Shown piece after piece: positions 56,401 through 64,000 of a stretch of 64,000 bases of DNA (its first letter is position 1; every line of letters begins with the position of its first letter). The notes under the pieces are model-generated. The model saw nothing but the letters and a program-made list of their open reading frames with translations, made no database searches and had not been told where the DNA came from. This stretch comes from Chloroflexota bacterium (GTDB lineage: Bacteria; Chloroflexota; Anaerolineae; UBA2200), in assembly GCA_014360905.1 (NCBI GenBank), contig JACIWW010000011.1:27428-91427 (forward strand), read 5' to 3'. The translations under genes and the position numbers were made by a program.

Positions 56401-56933
56401 TGGCGTTGCAATTCGAGATAAAAGTTTTGCGGGCCAAAGGTGTTTTGATACCAACGTATGGCCTCCCGTGCTGCATCTATTTGGCCTTCCTGGATCAGCC
56501 TGGGGATTTCGCCTGATCCGCAAGCAGACAGAGCAATCAGTCCAGCGCTGTGTCGCTGTAAAAGCTCTTTGTCGACGCGAGGTTTGTAGTAAAAACCTTC
56601 TAGGTGGGCTTTGGTCGTCAACTGGATTAGGTTCTTGTAGCCCGTTTCATTCTTGACCAGGAGAATGAGGTGAAATGTCTGGGCCTCTGTACGCGGAGTG
56701 TGCTTGAACCTGCTCTTTGGCGCCAGGTATACTTCGCAGCCAATGATTGGTTTGATGCCGGCCTGCTGTGCCTCCTGATAGAATTCCATGACACCATACA
56801 TTGCACCGTGATCCGTGATCGCCAGCGCTTCCATGCCTAGTTCTTTGGCATACGCAACGAGGTCCTTGATCTTGCACATGCCATCGAGCAGGGAGTATTC
56901 TGTGTGCACGTGCAGGTGAGTAAATCCTGACAT
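53418..56933 (-). CDS. dnaE: DNA polymerase III alpha subunit
   Basis: PHP domain FTHLHVHTEYSLLDG; LGLTNLEPL...FERFLNPGRINMPDIDLDF; GLLKIDFLGL; OB-fold region. 1171 aa. Confidence 0.97.
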   Translation of the reverse strand: MSGFTHLHVHTEYSLLDGMCKIKDLVAYAKELGMEALAITDHGAMYGVMEFYQEAQQAGIKPIIGCEVYLAPKSRFKHTPRTEAQTFHLILLVKNETGYKNLIQLTTKAHLEGFYYKPRVDKELLQRHSAGLIALSACGSGEIPRLIQEGQIDAAREAIRWYQNTFGPQNFYLELQRHVAMPEMEATNRALLALGRELGVDCVATNDVHYIRQDDAAAHEVLLCIQTGTTMDDPDRLRMGSDDFYLRSEQEMADLFADVPEALANTSRIVAECAFELKNEGFHLPPFEVPQGYTAHTYLAHLCQEGFRQRYPLITPELRARLDHELKIIHDMNFDVYFLIVWDLIRFARSRDIPWNVRGSAAASIVAYSLGLTNLEPLRHGLIFERFLNPGRINMPDIDLDFPDDRRNEMIEYVIGKYGSDQVAQIITFGTMAARAAIHHVGRALGLPPGEVVRLAKLVPAGQKVKIQDALESSPELRAMYEQDDYIRNLIDKARQLEGVSHHVSTHAAGVVIADKPLAEYVPVQHIPKGKEIITQYPMGALEDIGLLKIDFLGLSTLTIMRRAVELINARHGTALRLDNIPTDDPAIYELLSTGNVIGLFQVEGAGMRRVLQELQPSNFEDVVALLSLYRPGPMQFIDSYVARKHGREKVEYIHPSLEPILRDTYGIILYQEQIIRIATDIAGYSSAEADLMRRAVGKKKEKELKEQRDKFVRGAMERGLPRDKAEEIFAAIEYFANYGFNKAHSAAYAVITCQTAYLKAHYPVEYMTALLSVERNNTDKIAALVAECRRLGIQVLPPDINRSDLDFAIEDLSAPKEPVKDRTVLWRAAIRFGLGAIKNVGEGPVLTILQARAAHGPFTSVADFCRRVDLRQINKRALESLIKVGALDSLAERPRLLAIMDRMLGLSHLHHQASAVGQLAFDALYARSSSDADLMADQVFVPPIAQKEMLAWEKELLGVYMSDHPLQHLAQDSWDTRSDKHYTPLDQIDESLKGHTVMVAGRVLRARSTMTRKGEEMAFVELEDLSGSIDVVLFPKTHKQCKELLVEGQLLVVEGKVDVRDGKVQLVGDIVQDYALANAGKSKEMPRVHLLEINLRCSGNRDHDVQLLRKVYKILEEHPGQDHFRFNIISEQGRVQLEFPNVTTNFVPELEMLLKETLGENALYVQRIEA

Positions 56934-56964
56934 ATCTCAGTCCTTTACCCTTTTGCAAACAATG

Positions 56965-56987
56965 ATTATTGGAGCGTTACCAATAAT
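56965..56987. other. Perfect 8-bp inverted repeat ATTATTGG-N7-CCAATAAT between pgm-like gene and dnaE
   Basis: Read directly from the sequence. It lies 32-54 nt upstream of the dnaE ATG on the minus strand. No clear U-tract follows, so it could be an operator or a processing hairpin. Confidence 0.3.
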
Positions 56988-57014
56988 CTGCCTAACCCAC
57001 ACTACCTAATACTT

Positions 57015-58448
57015 TCACATGTTTGCCAAACCCGCACCCACTGCAAGCAACGCCTGTACTTCTTGACGATTCCGAGCCTCAGCGTAAATGCGTAAGAGGG
57101 GTTCGGTCCCAGAGGGACGGATCAAGAGCCAGCTATCATCATCCAGAAGGTATTTTACTCCATCGCTGTTGTTTACTTGTACTACTTTGTGGTGCAAAAT
57201 TCTCTCTGGAGCTTCTGCGGTTAGCCTCTGCGTTAGTTCCCTTTTATCGAAAGTTTGTGTGTGTACATCATTGCGTCCATAGTAAAAATGGCCGAATTCA
57301 TCCATCAATTCTGCGATGACCTGATGCAAAGGCTTGTGCTGATATGCAAGCAATTCGGTCAGCAGTAAACCCATCAGAATACCATCGCCGTCCAGAACGT
57401 GCCCTTTGATGGTCATGCCCCCGCTCTCTTCGCCGCCCATCAACACATCTTCTTTGAGCATCAGAGCGCAAATGTGGTTGAAGCCAACAGGGGTTTCGTA
57501 CAAGGGCAGACCATAGTGCTGAGAGAGTTTGTTGAGCAATTGCGTGGTCGAGACAGTTTTGACCACTGCTCCTCGCCCGTGCTTTTCCTCCACAAGATGG
57601 CGCAGTATCAGGGAGAAGATGCGATGGGGGTCAACGAAATGGCCCTGCGCGTCCACAGCGCCAATGCGATCGGCATCGCCATCGGTGGCTAACCCAAGAT
57701 CGTATTGCCCGCTGCGCATGGTGATAACTAGATCGTTCAGGTTTCTCTCAATAGGTTCGGGATGGATACCGCCAAAGCCAGGGTTCATCACACCATGGAG
57801 CTCTGTTACTTCACAGCCGGCTTCGCGCAGAAAAGAAGCGATGTAGCCTCGTCCTGCGCCGTACATTGGATCCACCACCACGCGTAGGCGCGATGCGGAG
57901 ATCGCTTGGAAGTCAACGAGTGTACGCAGGTGGGCCAGATAAGGTGGCATCGGATCAAAACGCAAAATGCCTGGATAATCTGTGTCGGAATTGGCGATAG
58001 CCCACTTCGTTGTCGTAGGCACCCGACCATCGGCTAGGTTTCGTTCGAGTATTTCTTCTATCCTACGCGTTTCATCGGGCAGAGCTGGGCCAGTATGCTG
58101 TGCTTTGAACTTGATCCCGTTATAGCGTGGTGGATTGTGGCTAGCGGTGATCATCACACCACCCAATGCCCCTAGATGCCGGATGGCATAAGCCAGTGCG
58201 GGTGTGGGACAATCCGATTTGCTCAGGTAAACGGTCAGTCCTGCATCAGCAAGGACCCGCGCTACTTCACGTGCGTAGCGGTCGGAGAGGAATCGGGTAT
58301 CAAAACCTATTACCAAAGGGGCTCGCGAATCCTCTCTTGTCTCCAATACATAGTCGGCGATGGCCAGTGCTACATGGCGCACGTTTTCAAATGTGAACTC
58401 ATCGCTGATTACCGCTCGCCAGCCATCGGTCCCGAAGCGAATGGGCAT
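57015..58448 (-). CDS. Phosphoglucomutase/phosphomannomutase family
   Basis: MPIRFGTDGWRA, MITASHNPPRYNGIKF (active-site Ser) and GGEESGG. ATG at 58448 follows GGAGGT; the 22-aa extension in the ORF track was rejected. Confidence 0.9.
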   Translation of the reverse strand: MPIRFGTDGWRAVISDEFTFENVRHVALAIADYVLETREDSRAPLVIGFDTRFLSDRYAREVARVLADAGLTVYLSKSDCPTPALAYAIRHLGALGGVMITASHNPPRYNGIKFKAQHTGPALPDETRRIEEILERNLADGRVPTTTKWAIANSDTDYPGILRFDPMPPYLAHLRTLVDFQAISASRLRVVVDPMYGAGRGYIASFLREAGCEVTELHGVMNPGFGGIHPEPIERNLNDLVITMRSGQYDLGLATDGDADRIGAVDAQGHFVDPHRIFSLILRHLVEEKHGRGAVVKTVSTTQLLNKLSQHYGLPLYETPVGFNHICALMLKEDVLMGGEESGGMTIKGHVLDGDGILMGLLLTELLAYQHKPLHQVIAELMDEFGHFYYGRNDVHTQTFDKRELTQRLTAEAPERILHHKVVQVNNSDGVKYLLDDDSWLLIRPSGTEPLLRIYAEARNRQEVQALLAVGAGLANM

Positions 58449-58474
58449 GTTGTAACCTCCAGGAAAGTCATCTT

Positions 58475-59077
58475 CTAGGCAGGAAAAGTATACTCGCGTC
58501 CACACACAGGGCAAAAGAGATATCTCGTTTTGCCCTGTTGTTCTGTACTGCTTGCTTGCACAAGCCTATGGCCGCATTGACAGACAAAACCAACAAGCCG
58601 GGCTGGGTTGCCCACGACCAAGCCATGTGCCACGACATCTGCAGTTACGACTGCGCCGGCTCCCACCATGGCAAAACGGCCAATGGTGACTCCGGGGAGG
58701 ATGATCACTCCAGCCCCAATGGAAGCGCCGTGCTGGATAAGGATCTTGCCTACCTCCCAGTCTGCATCGCGTTTTAATTGTCCCTCCGGAGTGATGGCTC
58801 GTGGAAACTTGTCATTAGTCAAGCAGGCATGCGGGCCAATGAAAACACCATCCTCAATTGTCACTCCATGGTAAATAGATGCACCGTTTTGTATCTTGAC
58901 CCGGTCGCCAATTACCACATCGAAGTCTATGTAAACACCCTTACCAATGATACAAGACCGTCCAATCCGAGCGCCTTCTCTAACTTGAGCCTGGTGCCAG
59001 ATTTTTGTGCCCTCGCCGATTTGAGCCTGAGGTGAAACCTCAGCTGTTGGATGAATCTGCACGCCTGTCATCGACAC
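58475..59077 (-). CDS. Left-handed beta-helix (hexapeptide) N-acetyltransferase, WbpD/WlbB-like, with C-terminal Cys4 tail
   Basis: Hexapeptide repeats run throughout (IGEGTKIWHQAQVREGARIGRSCIIGKGVYI...). The tail is CQCGHRLV...CPVCGREYTF. Confidence 0.8.
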   Translation of the reverse strand: MSMTGVQIHPTAEVSPQAQIGEGTKIWHQAQVREGARIGRSCIIGKGVYIDFDVVIGDRVKIQNGASIYHGVTIEDGVFIGPHACLTNDKFPRAITPEGQLKRDADWEVGKILIQHGASIGAGVIILPGVTIGRFAMVGAGAVVTADVVAHGLVVGNPARLVGFVCQCGHRLVQASSTEQQGKTRYLFCPVCGREYTFPA

Positions 59078-59128
59078 CGTACCTCCGCAAAAGTCACGAA
59101 TTTGGGATACGCGCTCGTGCGCTAGATA

Positions 59129-60322
59129 TCACTTGGCACTAACCCGGTCATACACGTCCATGATCCGTTGGCCAGCCTCGAGCCAGGTATAACGTTCAAT
59201 AGCACGCTGGCGCAGGTGTTGTCCCAGCATCTTGGATCGTTCCCGGTCTGCAAGCAAATCTTCCAAGGCTTCGGCCAGAGAAGTAGCATCGCCTGGACAG
59301 GCATAAGTGCCTAGGCTATCCAAATACTCCCGGCTGACGGGCACGTCGAAGGACACAACAGGCAGGCCCATCGCCATATAATTCAGCAATTTGCCACTGC
59401 CTTCTGTGCTCGAAATCTTAGGAGCTACTGCTACATCGCCTACGGATAGGAAGCTTGGGGCTTGTTCGTAGGGAATTTTGCCGGTGAACGTAACGTGGTC
59501 CTCCAGCCCAAGTTGCTGCGCTTGCGCACGATAAATATCCACGGACGGGAAACCCATGATTAAGAAATGCACATTGGGCCGGCGGGGAATCAATTTAGAC
59601 GCTGCTTGCAAAAGCAAGCCTGTGCCTTGCCACTCGGCCAGCAATCCCAAGTAAACCACAACCTGTCGCTCGTGTGGAATGCCCAAGCTGGTTTTTAGCG
59701 CGTGTAATGCCTCTCTGGATTGGCTAGGCGAGAAGAAATCAGTATTGACGCAATCTGGAATAGCAATAATCTTGTCTGCCGGACAGTGGAAGTCATTCAT
59801 CAGCAGACTCGCCGCATGGCATGAACTAGTGATGATGGCGGAAGGCAGTTTCACGATCTGTTCCTCCAACCAACGGGCCGGACGATAGAATGGCCCCTTT
59901 GGATTCAAGAAACGATGGTCTATCATTTCACTGGTCATGCTTCCCTGGAAATCAAAGACAAGTGGCACGCCCAACAGCTTGCTCAATGGGTAGCCAATTA
60001 GGGCACCTTCGTGCAAGTGCCCGTGAATGACGTCGGGTTTGATCTGCAGAGCTACGGAAAGCGCTGTCCACCCTAGCAAGACATCAAAGCCAATCTTATG
60101 CCTTGAAGATCCAACCTCATAGTTTGTGCGCCATGGAATAGGCATGGTGCGGCGAATGTCCAGACCAGCAACATCGCGCCCATTGTGGTACGTACAAATG
60201 GTTACCTGATTGCCCATTTGCCGTAGAACGAGGGCTTCTTCTCGGATGCGCACATGGCAGCCATAGTCCGCAAAGAAGGAAGTGGGTGCGATCATCAGCA
60301 CTTTGTATGTTTTCCGCGTCAT
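59129..60322 (-). CDS. Glycosyltransferase family 4
   Basis: YKVLMIAPTSFFADYGCHVRI N-terminus and GSGKLLNYMAMGLPVVSFD. 397 aa. Confidence 0.8.
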   Translation of the reverse strand: MTRKTYKVLMIAPTSFFADYGCHVRIREEALVLRQMGNQVTICTYHNGRDVAGLDIRRTMPIPWRTNYEVGSSRHKIGFDVLLGWTALSVALQIKPDVIHGHLHEGALIGYPLSKLLGVPLVFDFQGSMTSEMIDHRFLNPKGPFYRPARWLEEQIVKLPSAIITSSCHAASLLMNDFHCPADKIIAIPDCVNTDFFSPSQSREALHALKTSLGIPHERQVVVYLGLLAEWQGTGLLLQAASKLIPRRPNVHFLIMGFPSVDIYRAQAQQLGLEDHVTFTGKIPYEQAPSFLSVGDVAVAPKISSTEGSGKLLNYMAMGLPVVSFDVPVSREYLDSLGTYACPGDATSLAEALEDLLADRERSKMLGQHLRQRAIERYTWLEAGQRIMDVYDRVSAK

Positions 60323-60349
60323 GCTTTGCTCTTCACAATATATGGGTTT

Positions 60350-61291
60350 CTATTTTGGGGGCTTGAAGGCCCCGCCGAATATCGTGCGCGCCATACTAAA
60401 ATCATCGTAATCGGTTGGTTCGCCCTCTTCTCCCTTGCGTGTCCAACCTGCATGAGCCTCTAGGGCACTCGCAAAAGATTTCTGAAGCGCTGTATCATCT
60501 TTATTAGCGACAAGATCACGAAGGACAGAGAGTTGTGGAAGGATCACATCGAGCCAGCGGGCAAGGTTAACCGCGTTCAATGTGCATAGCTCGGCCAGCC
60601 CTTCTGCATCGCCAGCCAGCAATCGTGTGACGCTGGCGAAATCTATACCGGATAACTGTCTCATTTCCCTGTGGGCTGGGCTCTGGCCGGCAGTGGTCTG
60701 CAAAGCAAGCGCCATAAGAAGGGGCAATTGCTCCACTGCAGCAATCAAACCATCGTGTTCGGCAGCATCCATGTAATATGGTCTGGCTCCTACAGCCTCA
60801 GCCAGGTCCGAAACTTTCTGCAAGGCTTCTGGAGGCGTGCTCGTGCTAGGCGTCAGGCAATAGACACTGCCGGTAAACAAATCGGCGGTAGGTACTGTGG
60901 GTTCGGAATCCCTTTTATTAATGATAGGGTGTCCGCCAACGAAATGAACGGTGCTGGGCAAGGATTCGCGCGCCCAATCCAGCACGGGCACTTTGAGGCT
61001 GGCCGTATCGGTGATGACACAGCCTGGTTTGACGTCCTGTGCAATGGCTGCCAAAGTGCTTTTGACATCGGCCAATGGCGTGCTGATGATGATCAAGTCC
61101 GCTCCTTCGCAAGCATTGATCAAATTCCACTCGGTGCGATCCACGCAGCCGCTCTTATAAGCACGCCTGGCTGCGTCGCTGTCTTTGTCGTGGCCAATGA
61201 TTTCTAGGTCAGCACCGGTCCCCTTAAGGGCTAGCCCTAGGGAGCTACCAACCAGTCCTAATCCAACAAGTGTTGTTCTAAAGGACATCAT
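60350..61291 (-). CDS. tyrA: Prephenate dehydrogenase
   Basis: LVGLGLVGSSLGLAL NAD motif, ITDTASLK and FVGGHPI. Confidence 0.85.
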   Translation of the reverse strand: MMSFRTTLVGLGLVGSSLGLALKGTGADLEIIGHDKDSDAARRAYKSGCVDRTEWNLINACEGADLIIISTPLADVKSTLAAIAQDVKPGCVITDTASLKVPVLDWARESLPSTVHFVGGHPIINKRDSEPTVPTADLFTGSVYCLTPSTSTPPEALQKVSDLAEAVGARPYYMDAAEHDGLIAAVEQLPLLMALALQTTAGQSPAHREMRQLSGIDFASVTRLLAGDAEGLAELCTLNAVNLARWLDVILPQLSVLRDLVANKDDTALQKSFASALEAHAGWTRKGEEGEPTDYDDFSMARTIFGGAFKPPK

Positions 61292-61352
61292 GTTCTCCTC
61301 TCATCATTACAGGGCACGAGGCTTCTGCCTCGATGCCTTATCGCGAATCTGA

Positions 61353-61880
61353 CTAGTTTGTTTCATCTGCTGCTATCAAAGCTGCGAGCAAAGCCTGTCC
61401 ACCAGCGTCCAGGTCGCTTTTACCTGGTGGTGTGTGATGCCAGTGAATCAAAGCTACCGCCAGCGGATGTGTTCCTGCTTGTGCTGCCATCTCTGCGCCG
61501 CGCTGTGCGTGGTGCAGTTGCGCAAAAAAAGGATAGCACCAACTGCTTGGGTCGTCCACTGCAAGGCGGTGTAGCAATGCGGGGTATATGGCTTGCAGCA
61601 AGACGGCTGCGACCCGATGCCAGAGTTTGATGCGTCCTCCTACCTTCCCTACATCGTGAAGCAGTGCCGCTTGTGCCAACTCAGCTCCAGTATAGCCTGC
61701 CCTCTGCAGTGTATACAACACGGACAGGGCATGCCTTTGTTCCGAAGCGGACATGCTCCGAAAGAGTGCCATTTGTGTTTCGTTCAGGTACGTGCTCGGT
61801 TCAGTTGCTGCCACGGGCGCCTGGAACAAGCCCAGAGCAGCCCAAAACTGTTGGATACGGTAGCCTAGGCGCAAGATCAC
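61353..61880 (-). CDS. HD-domain protein
   Basis: QRHALSV...ALLHDVGK...HWHH. The proposed GTG start overlaps the upstream TGA (GTGA); the ORF extends to 61934. Confidence 0.6.
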   Translation of the reverse strand: MILRLGYRIQQFWAALGLFQAPVAATEPSTYLNETQMALFRSMSASEQRHALSVLYTLQRAGYTGAELAQAALLHDVGKVGGRIKLWHRVAAVLLQAIYPALLHRLAVDDPSSWCYPFFAQLHHAQRGAEMAAQAGTHPLAVALIHWHHTPPGKSDLDAGGQALLAALIAADETN

Positions 61881-62524
61881 ACACCCAATATGAGCCTGGC
61901 AAAGAACATCACCAGCGGGTCCATAAAACGCCATAGAAGATTCAGTCCCAGGAATTGACTGGACAGGATCAATAGAAGCAGGAGAAAAGGGCCCTGCTGT
62001 TCCAGAACCGTTAAGCTTCGAGATAGCCGATAGCTTGTTGGTCCGCGTATGCTGGCCAAAATGCCTTGCAGGACACCGTATCCATCCAACGGCGGCAAGG
62101 GAATCAGGTTAAAGATCGCCAAACCAATGTTGATGAACATCACATTCACGAGTAGGAAAGGCAATGCGCCTGGCAATGGCAGACGCAAACGGAGCGGCAG
62201 GGCAATAAGCGTGGCAGTGAGCAAGTTGGCAAAGGGGCCAGCAAAGGACACGATGCCCATGCCAACGCGCGGCCCATAGCGCAGGTTGCGTGGGTTTACT
62301 GGCACTGGTTTGCCCCAGCCAATGCCACGACCAGAGAATGCGGCAAGCAACATCATCATAGTACCCAATGGGTCTAGGTGTACCAGCGGATTGAGCGATA
62401 TTCGTCCCATATATCGGGCTGTCGGATCGCCCAGACGGTCGGCAACCCAGGCATGAAAACATTCATGCACATCAAGCGCGAGCAAGATTCCCAAGGCTCC
62501 CGCGATTAGACTGCGAGTATCCAC
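61877..62524 (-). CDS. Site-2 protease family (peptidase M50) membrane protein
   Basis: HECFHAWVA (HExxH), several TM helices, and NLIPLPPLDGY. The GTG at 62524 follows AAAGGTGGA; the ORF extends to 62617. Confidence 0.7.
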   Translation of the reverse strand: MDTRSLIAGALGILLALDVHECFHAWVADRLGDPTARYMGRISLNPLVHLDPLGTMMMLLAAFSGRGIGWGKPVPVNPRNLRYGPRVGMGIVSFAGPFANLLTATLIALPLRLRLPLPGALPFLLVNVMFINIGLAIFNLIPLPPLDGYGVLQGILASIRGPTSYRLSRSLTVLEQQGPFLLLLLILSSQFLGLNLLWRFMDPLVMFFARLILGV

Positions 62525-62954
62525 GATGTTTTCTTTCCACCTTTCTGTGTCGAGTCGAATCAAATAATATAACGTAAAAGGCCATCGGGCTTGCGCTACA
62601 GGCCTTTTGCCTCGCACCTAAGAATGGGATGCTGTGCTTCAGGCACGGAGCATATGAAGCTGACCAGCAGCATCACTGCTGGAGAATGTGCATGGAGGTT
62701 GCCAAGATGCCGATGGCAAGGCATAACTATTATAGCATAAAAGCCACCAGGAGGGCAACTCTGGTACAGCATCTTGCACTGCCGAGTCTACAAAGACTAG
62801 ATTAAGACCAGCAGTTTCTGAATGTCACCAGAAGTGTACCTACTATTGCCTACTCATGCTATAATTTGTATGCAGATAGCAGTAAAAGAGAGTACAGGTT
62901 GAATGAGGTCTGTTTTATTGCGCCGAATTCCTGTCTGGCCATATGGGAGATATC

Positions 62955-64000
62955 ATGGAGCAGTCACAACTGCATGAACGTCTGAATGCCTTACCGGCCA
63001 AGCCGGGCGTATACTTGATGAAGGATGCCACAGGCCAAGTCATCTACGTGGGCAAAGCGGTCCATCTGCGTAACCGCGTGCGTTCTTATTTCCATGGCCT
63101 CGATAGCCAGACCCCAAAGATACGCCGCCTGGTGGATCACATTGCAGATTTCGAGTTCATCGTCACCGGCTCTGAGTTAGAAGCGCTCATCCTAGAGTGC
63201 AACCTCATCAAGAAGTACCGCCCGCGCTACAATGTGCGGCTCAAGGATGACAAGCGTTACCCCTACATCAAAATCAGCCTGCAAGAGGCTTTTCCACGCG
63301 TTTACACCGTGCGGCACATGCAGAACGATGGTGCACGTTACTTTGGGCCTTATACCTCATCCAAAGCAGTGCACCAGACCATGGATCTGCTGCGCAAGCT
63401 CTTTCCCTATCTAACTTGCAAACGCGAGATAACGGGCAATGACCAGCGTGCCTGCCTGTACTACCACATTGGCCGCTGTGCCGGCCCATGCATTGGGGCA
63501 ATCTCGCGCGAGGATTATCGCGCGCTGATCGAGCAGATCATCCTCTTCCTGGAAGGCAAGCAGGAGCGCATTGTCCACGAGTTGCAGCAAGAAATGACCA
63601 AGGCGGCGGAGGCACTGGATTTTGAACGTGCAGCAACTTTGCGCGACCAAGTGCAGGCCTTGCAAAGGGTCATCGAGCGGCAGAAGATCGTATCTTCAAC
63701 TCAAAGCGACGAGGATGTAATTGCCTTTGCGCGTGAGGATGGCCAGGCTTGCGTGCAGGTCTTTTTCATCCGCAGTGGCAAATTGATTGGGCGAGAATAC
63801 TTTGTCCTGACCGGTACGCAGGATGAGGATGACCCGGAGATCATGAGTTCATTTGTGAAGCAATTCTATGACGAAGCAGCCTATATTCCCCCTGCAATCC
63901 TCTTGCAGCAAAGAATTGATGAGGCGCGGGTAATTGAGGAGTGGTTACGTCAGAAGCGCGGCACGAAGGTGGCAATTCGCGTGCCACGACGTGGCAAAGG
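62955..64000 (+). CDS. uvrC: Excinuclease ABC subunit C (N-terminal part; cut by window edge)
   Basis: Absent from the ORF track. My translation from the ATG at 62955 is MEQSQLHERLNALPAKPGVYLMKDATGQVIYVGKAVHLRNRVRSYF...YRPRYNV (GIY-YIG). It continues into the UVR-domain-like LEGKQERIVHELQQEMTKAAEALDFERAATLRDQ. Confidence 0.95.
   Translation, partial: MEQSQLHERLNALPAKPGVYLMKDATGQVIYVGKAVHLRNRVRSYFHGLDSQTPKIRRLVDHIADFEFIVTGSELEALILECNLIKKYRPRYNVRLKDDKRYPYIKISLQEAFPRVYTVRHMQNDGARYFGPYTSSKAVHQTMDLLRKLFPYLTCKREITGNDQRACLYYHIGRCAGPCIGAISREDYRALIEQIILFLEGKQERIVHELQQEMTKAAEALDFERAATLRDQVQALQRVIERQKIVSSTQSDEDVIAFAREDGQACVQVFFIRSGKLIGREYFVLTGTQDEDDPEIMSSFVKQFYDEAAYIPPAILLQQRIDEARVIEEWLRQKRGTKVAIRVPRRGK

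Noticed and set aside
55356-56516. 386-aa plus-strand ORF, the longest unassigned ORF in the track
   Set aside because: It lies entirely antisense to dnaE, whose identity is unambiguous. It has no recognisable motif. It is a typical shadow ORF of a GC-balanced long gene.
56934-57014. SOS (LexA) box upstream of dnaE, and likewise upstream of uvrC at 62618-62954
   Set aside because: No GAAC-N4-GTTC or CTGT-N8-ACAG type motif is present. Only the ATTATTGG palindrome, reported separately, was found.
58449-58514. 22-aa N-terminal extension of the phosphoglucomutase ORF, overlapping the acetyltransferase gene
   Set aside because: The family N-terminus MPIRFGTDGWRA starts at 58448 and has a GGAGGT RBS.
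60671-61207. 178-aa plus-strand ORF
   Set aside because: It is antisense to the prephenate dehydrogenase gene and shows no motifs.
62525-62617. 31-aa N-terminal extension of the M50 protease ORF
   Set aside because: The extension is Arg/Trp-rich and contains an AT-rich TATATTAT promoter-like stretch. The GTG at 62524 follows AAAGGTGGA. This remains uncertain.

Overview
Gene-dense chromosomal window with about 57 CDS and no rRNA, tRNA, CRISPR array, transposase or integrase that I can see. My best guess at the source is a Chloroflexota-like, probably monoderm bacterium, but this is inference only. It rests on a T-box leader, RNase J, PT-rich linkers, many GT4/GT39 genes and frequent GTG/TTG starts.

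Housekeeping genes:
- ftsK (cut by the left edge; my own translation), rnj, a family-4 uracil-DNA glycosylase and ligA.
- metG with a Met-specific T-box leader, a cold-shock protein and trpS.
- infC-rpmI-rplT, where infC starts at AUA.
- A TrmH-family methylase, pncC/cinA, dnaE, phosphoglucomutase, tyrA and uvrC (cut by the right edge).

Accessory content:
1. A split cell-envelope glycan locus. A WbaP-like priming transferase and 2 GT4 genes lie at 16.9-20.7 kb on the minus strand. A 16-19 kb plus-strand block at 24.4-43.3 kb carries Wzm/Wzt, 8 glycosyltransferases and 3 methyltransferases. It also holds a GT-C-like membrane enzyme paired with a Dpm1/GtrB-like GT2, a flippase-like membrane protein and a strongly signalled secreted four-repeat protein.
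2. A ygeY / flavin reductase / ygeW / carbamate kinase module, translationally coupled to the priming transferase gene.
3. A 1297-aa membrane-spanning protein that fuses an extracytoplasmic Asp-box (BNR) beta-propeller array to a cytoplasmic STAND/Orc-like P-loop ATPase. Its gene overlaps the dnaE stop codon. I consider this the most unusual object in the window.

All functional calls come from motif recognition by eye in the supplied translations. No database search was run.
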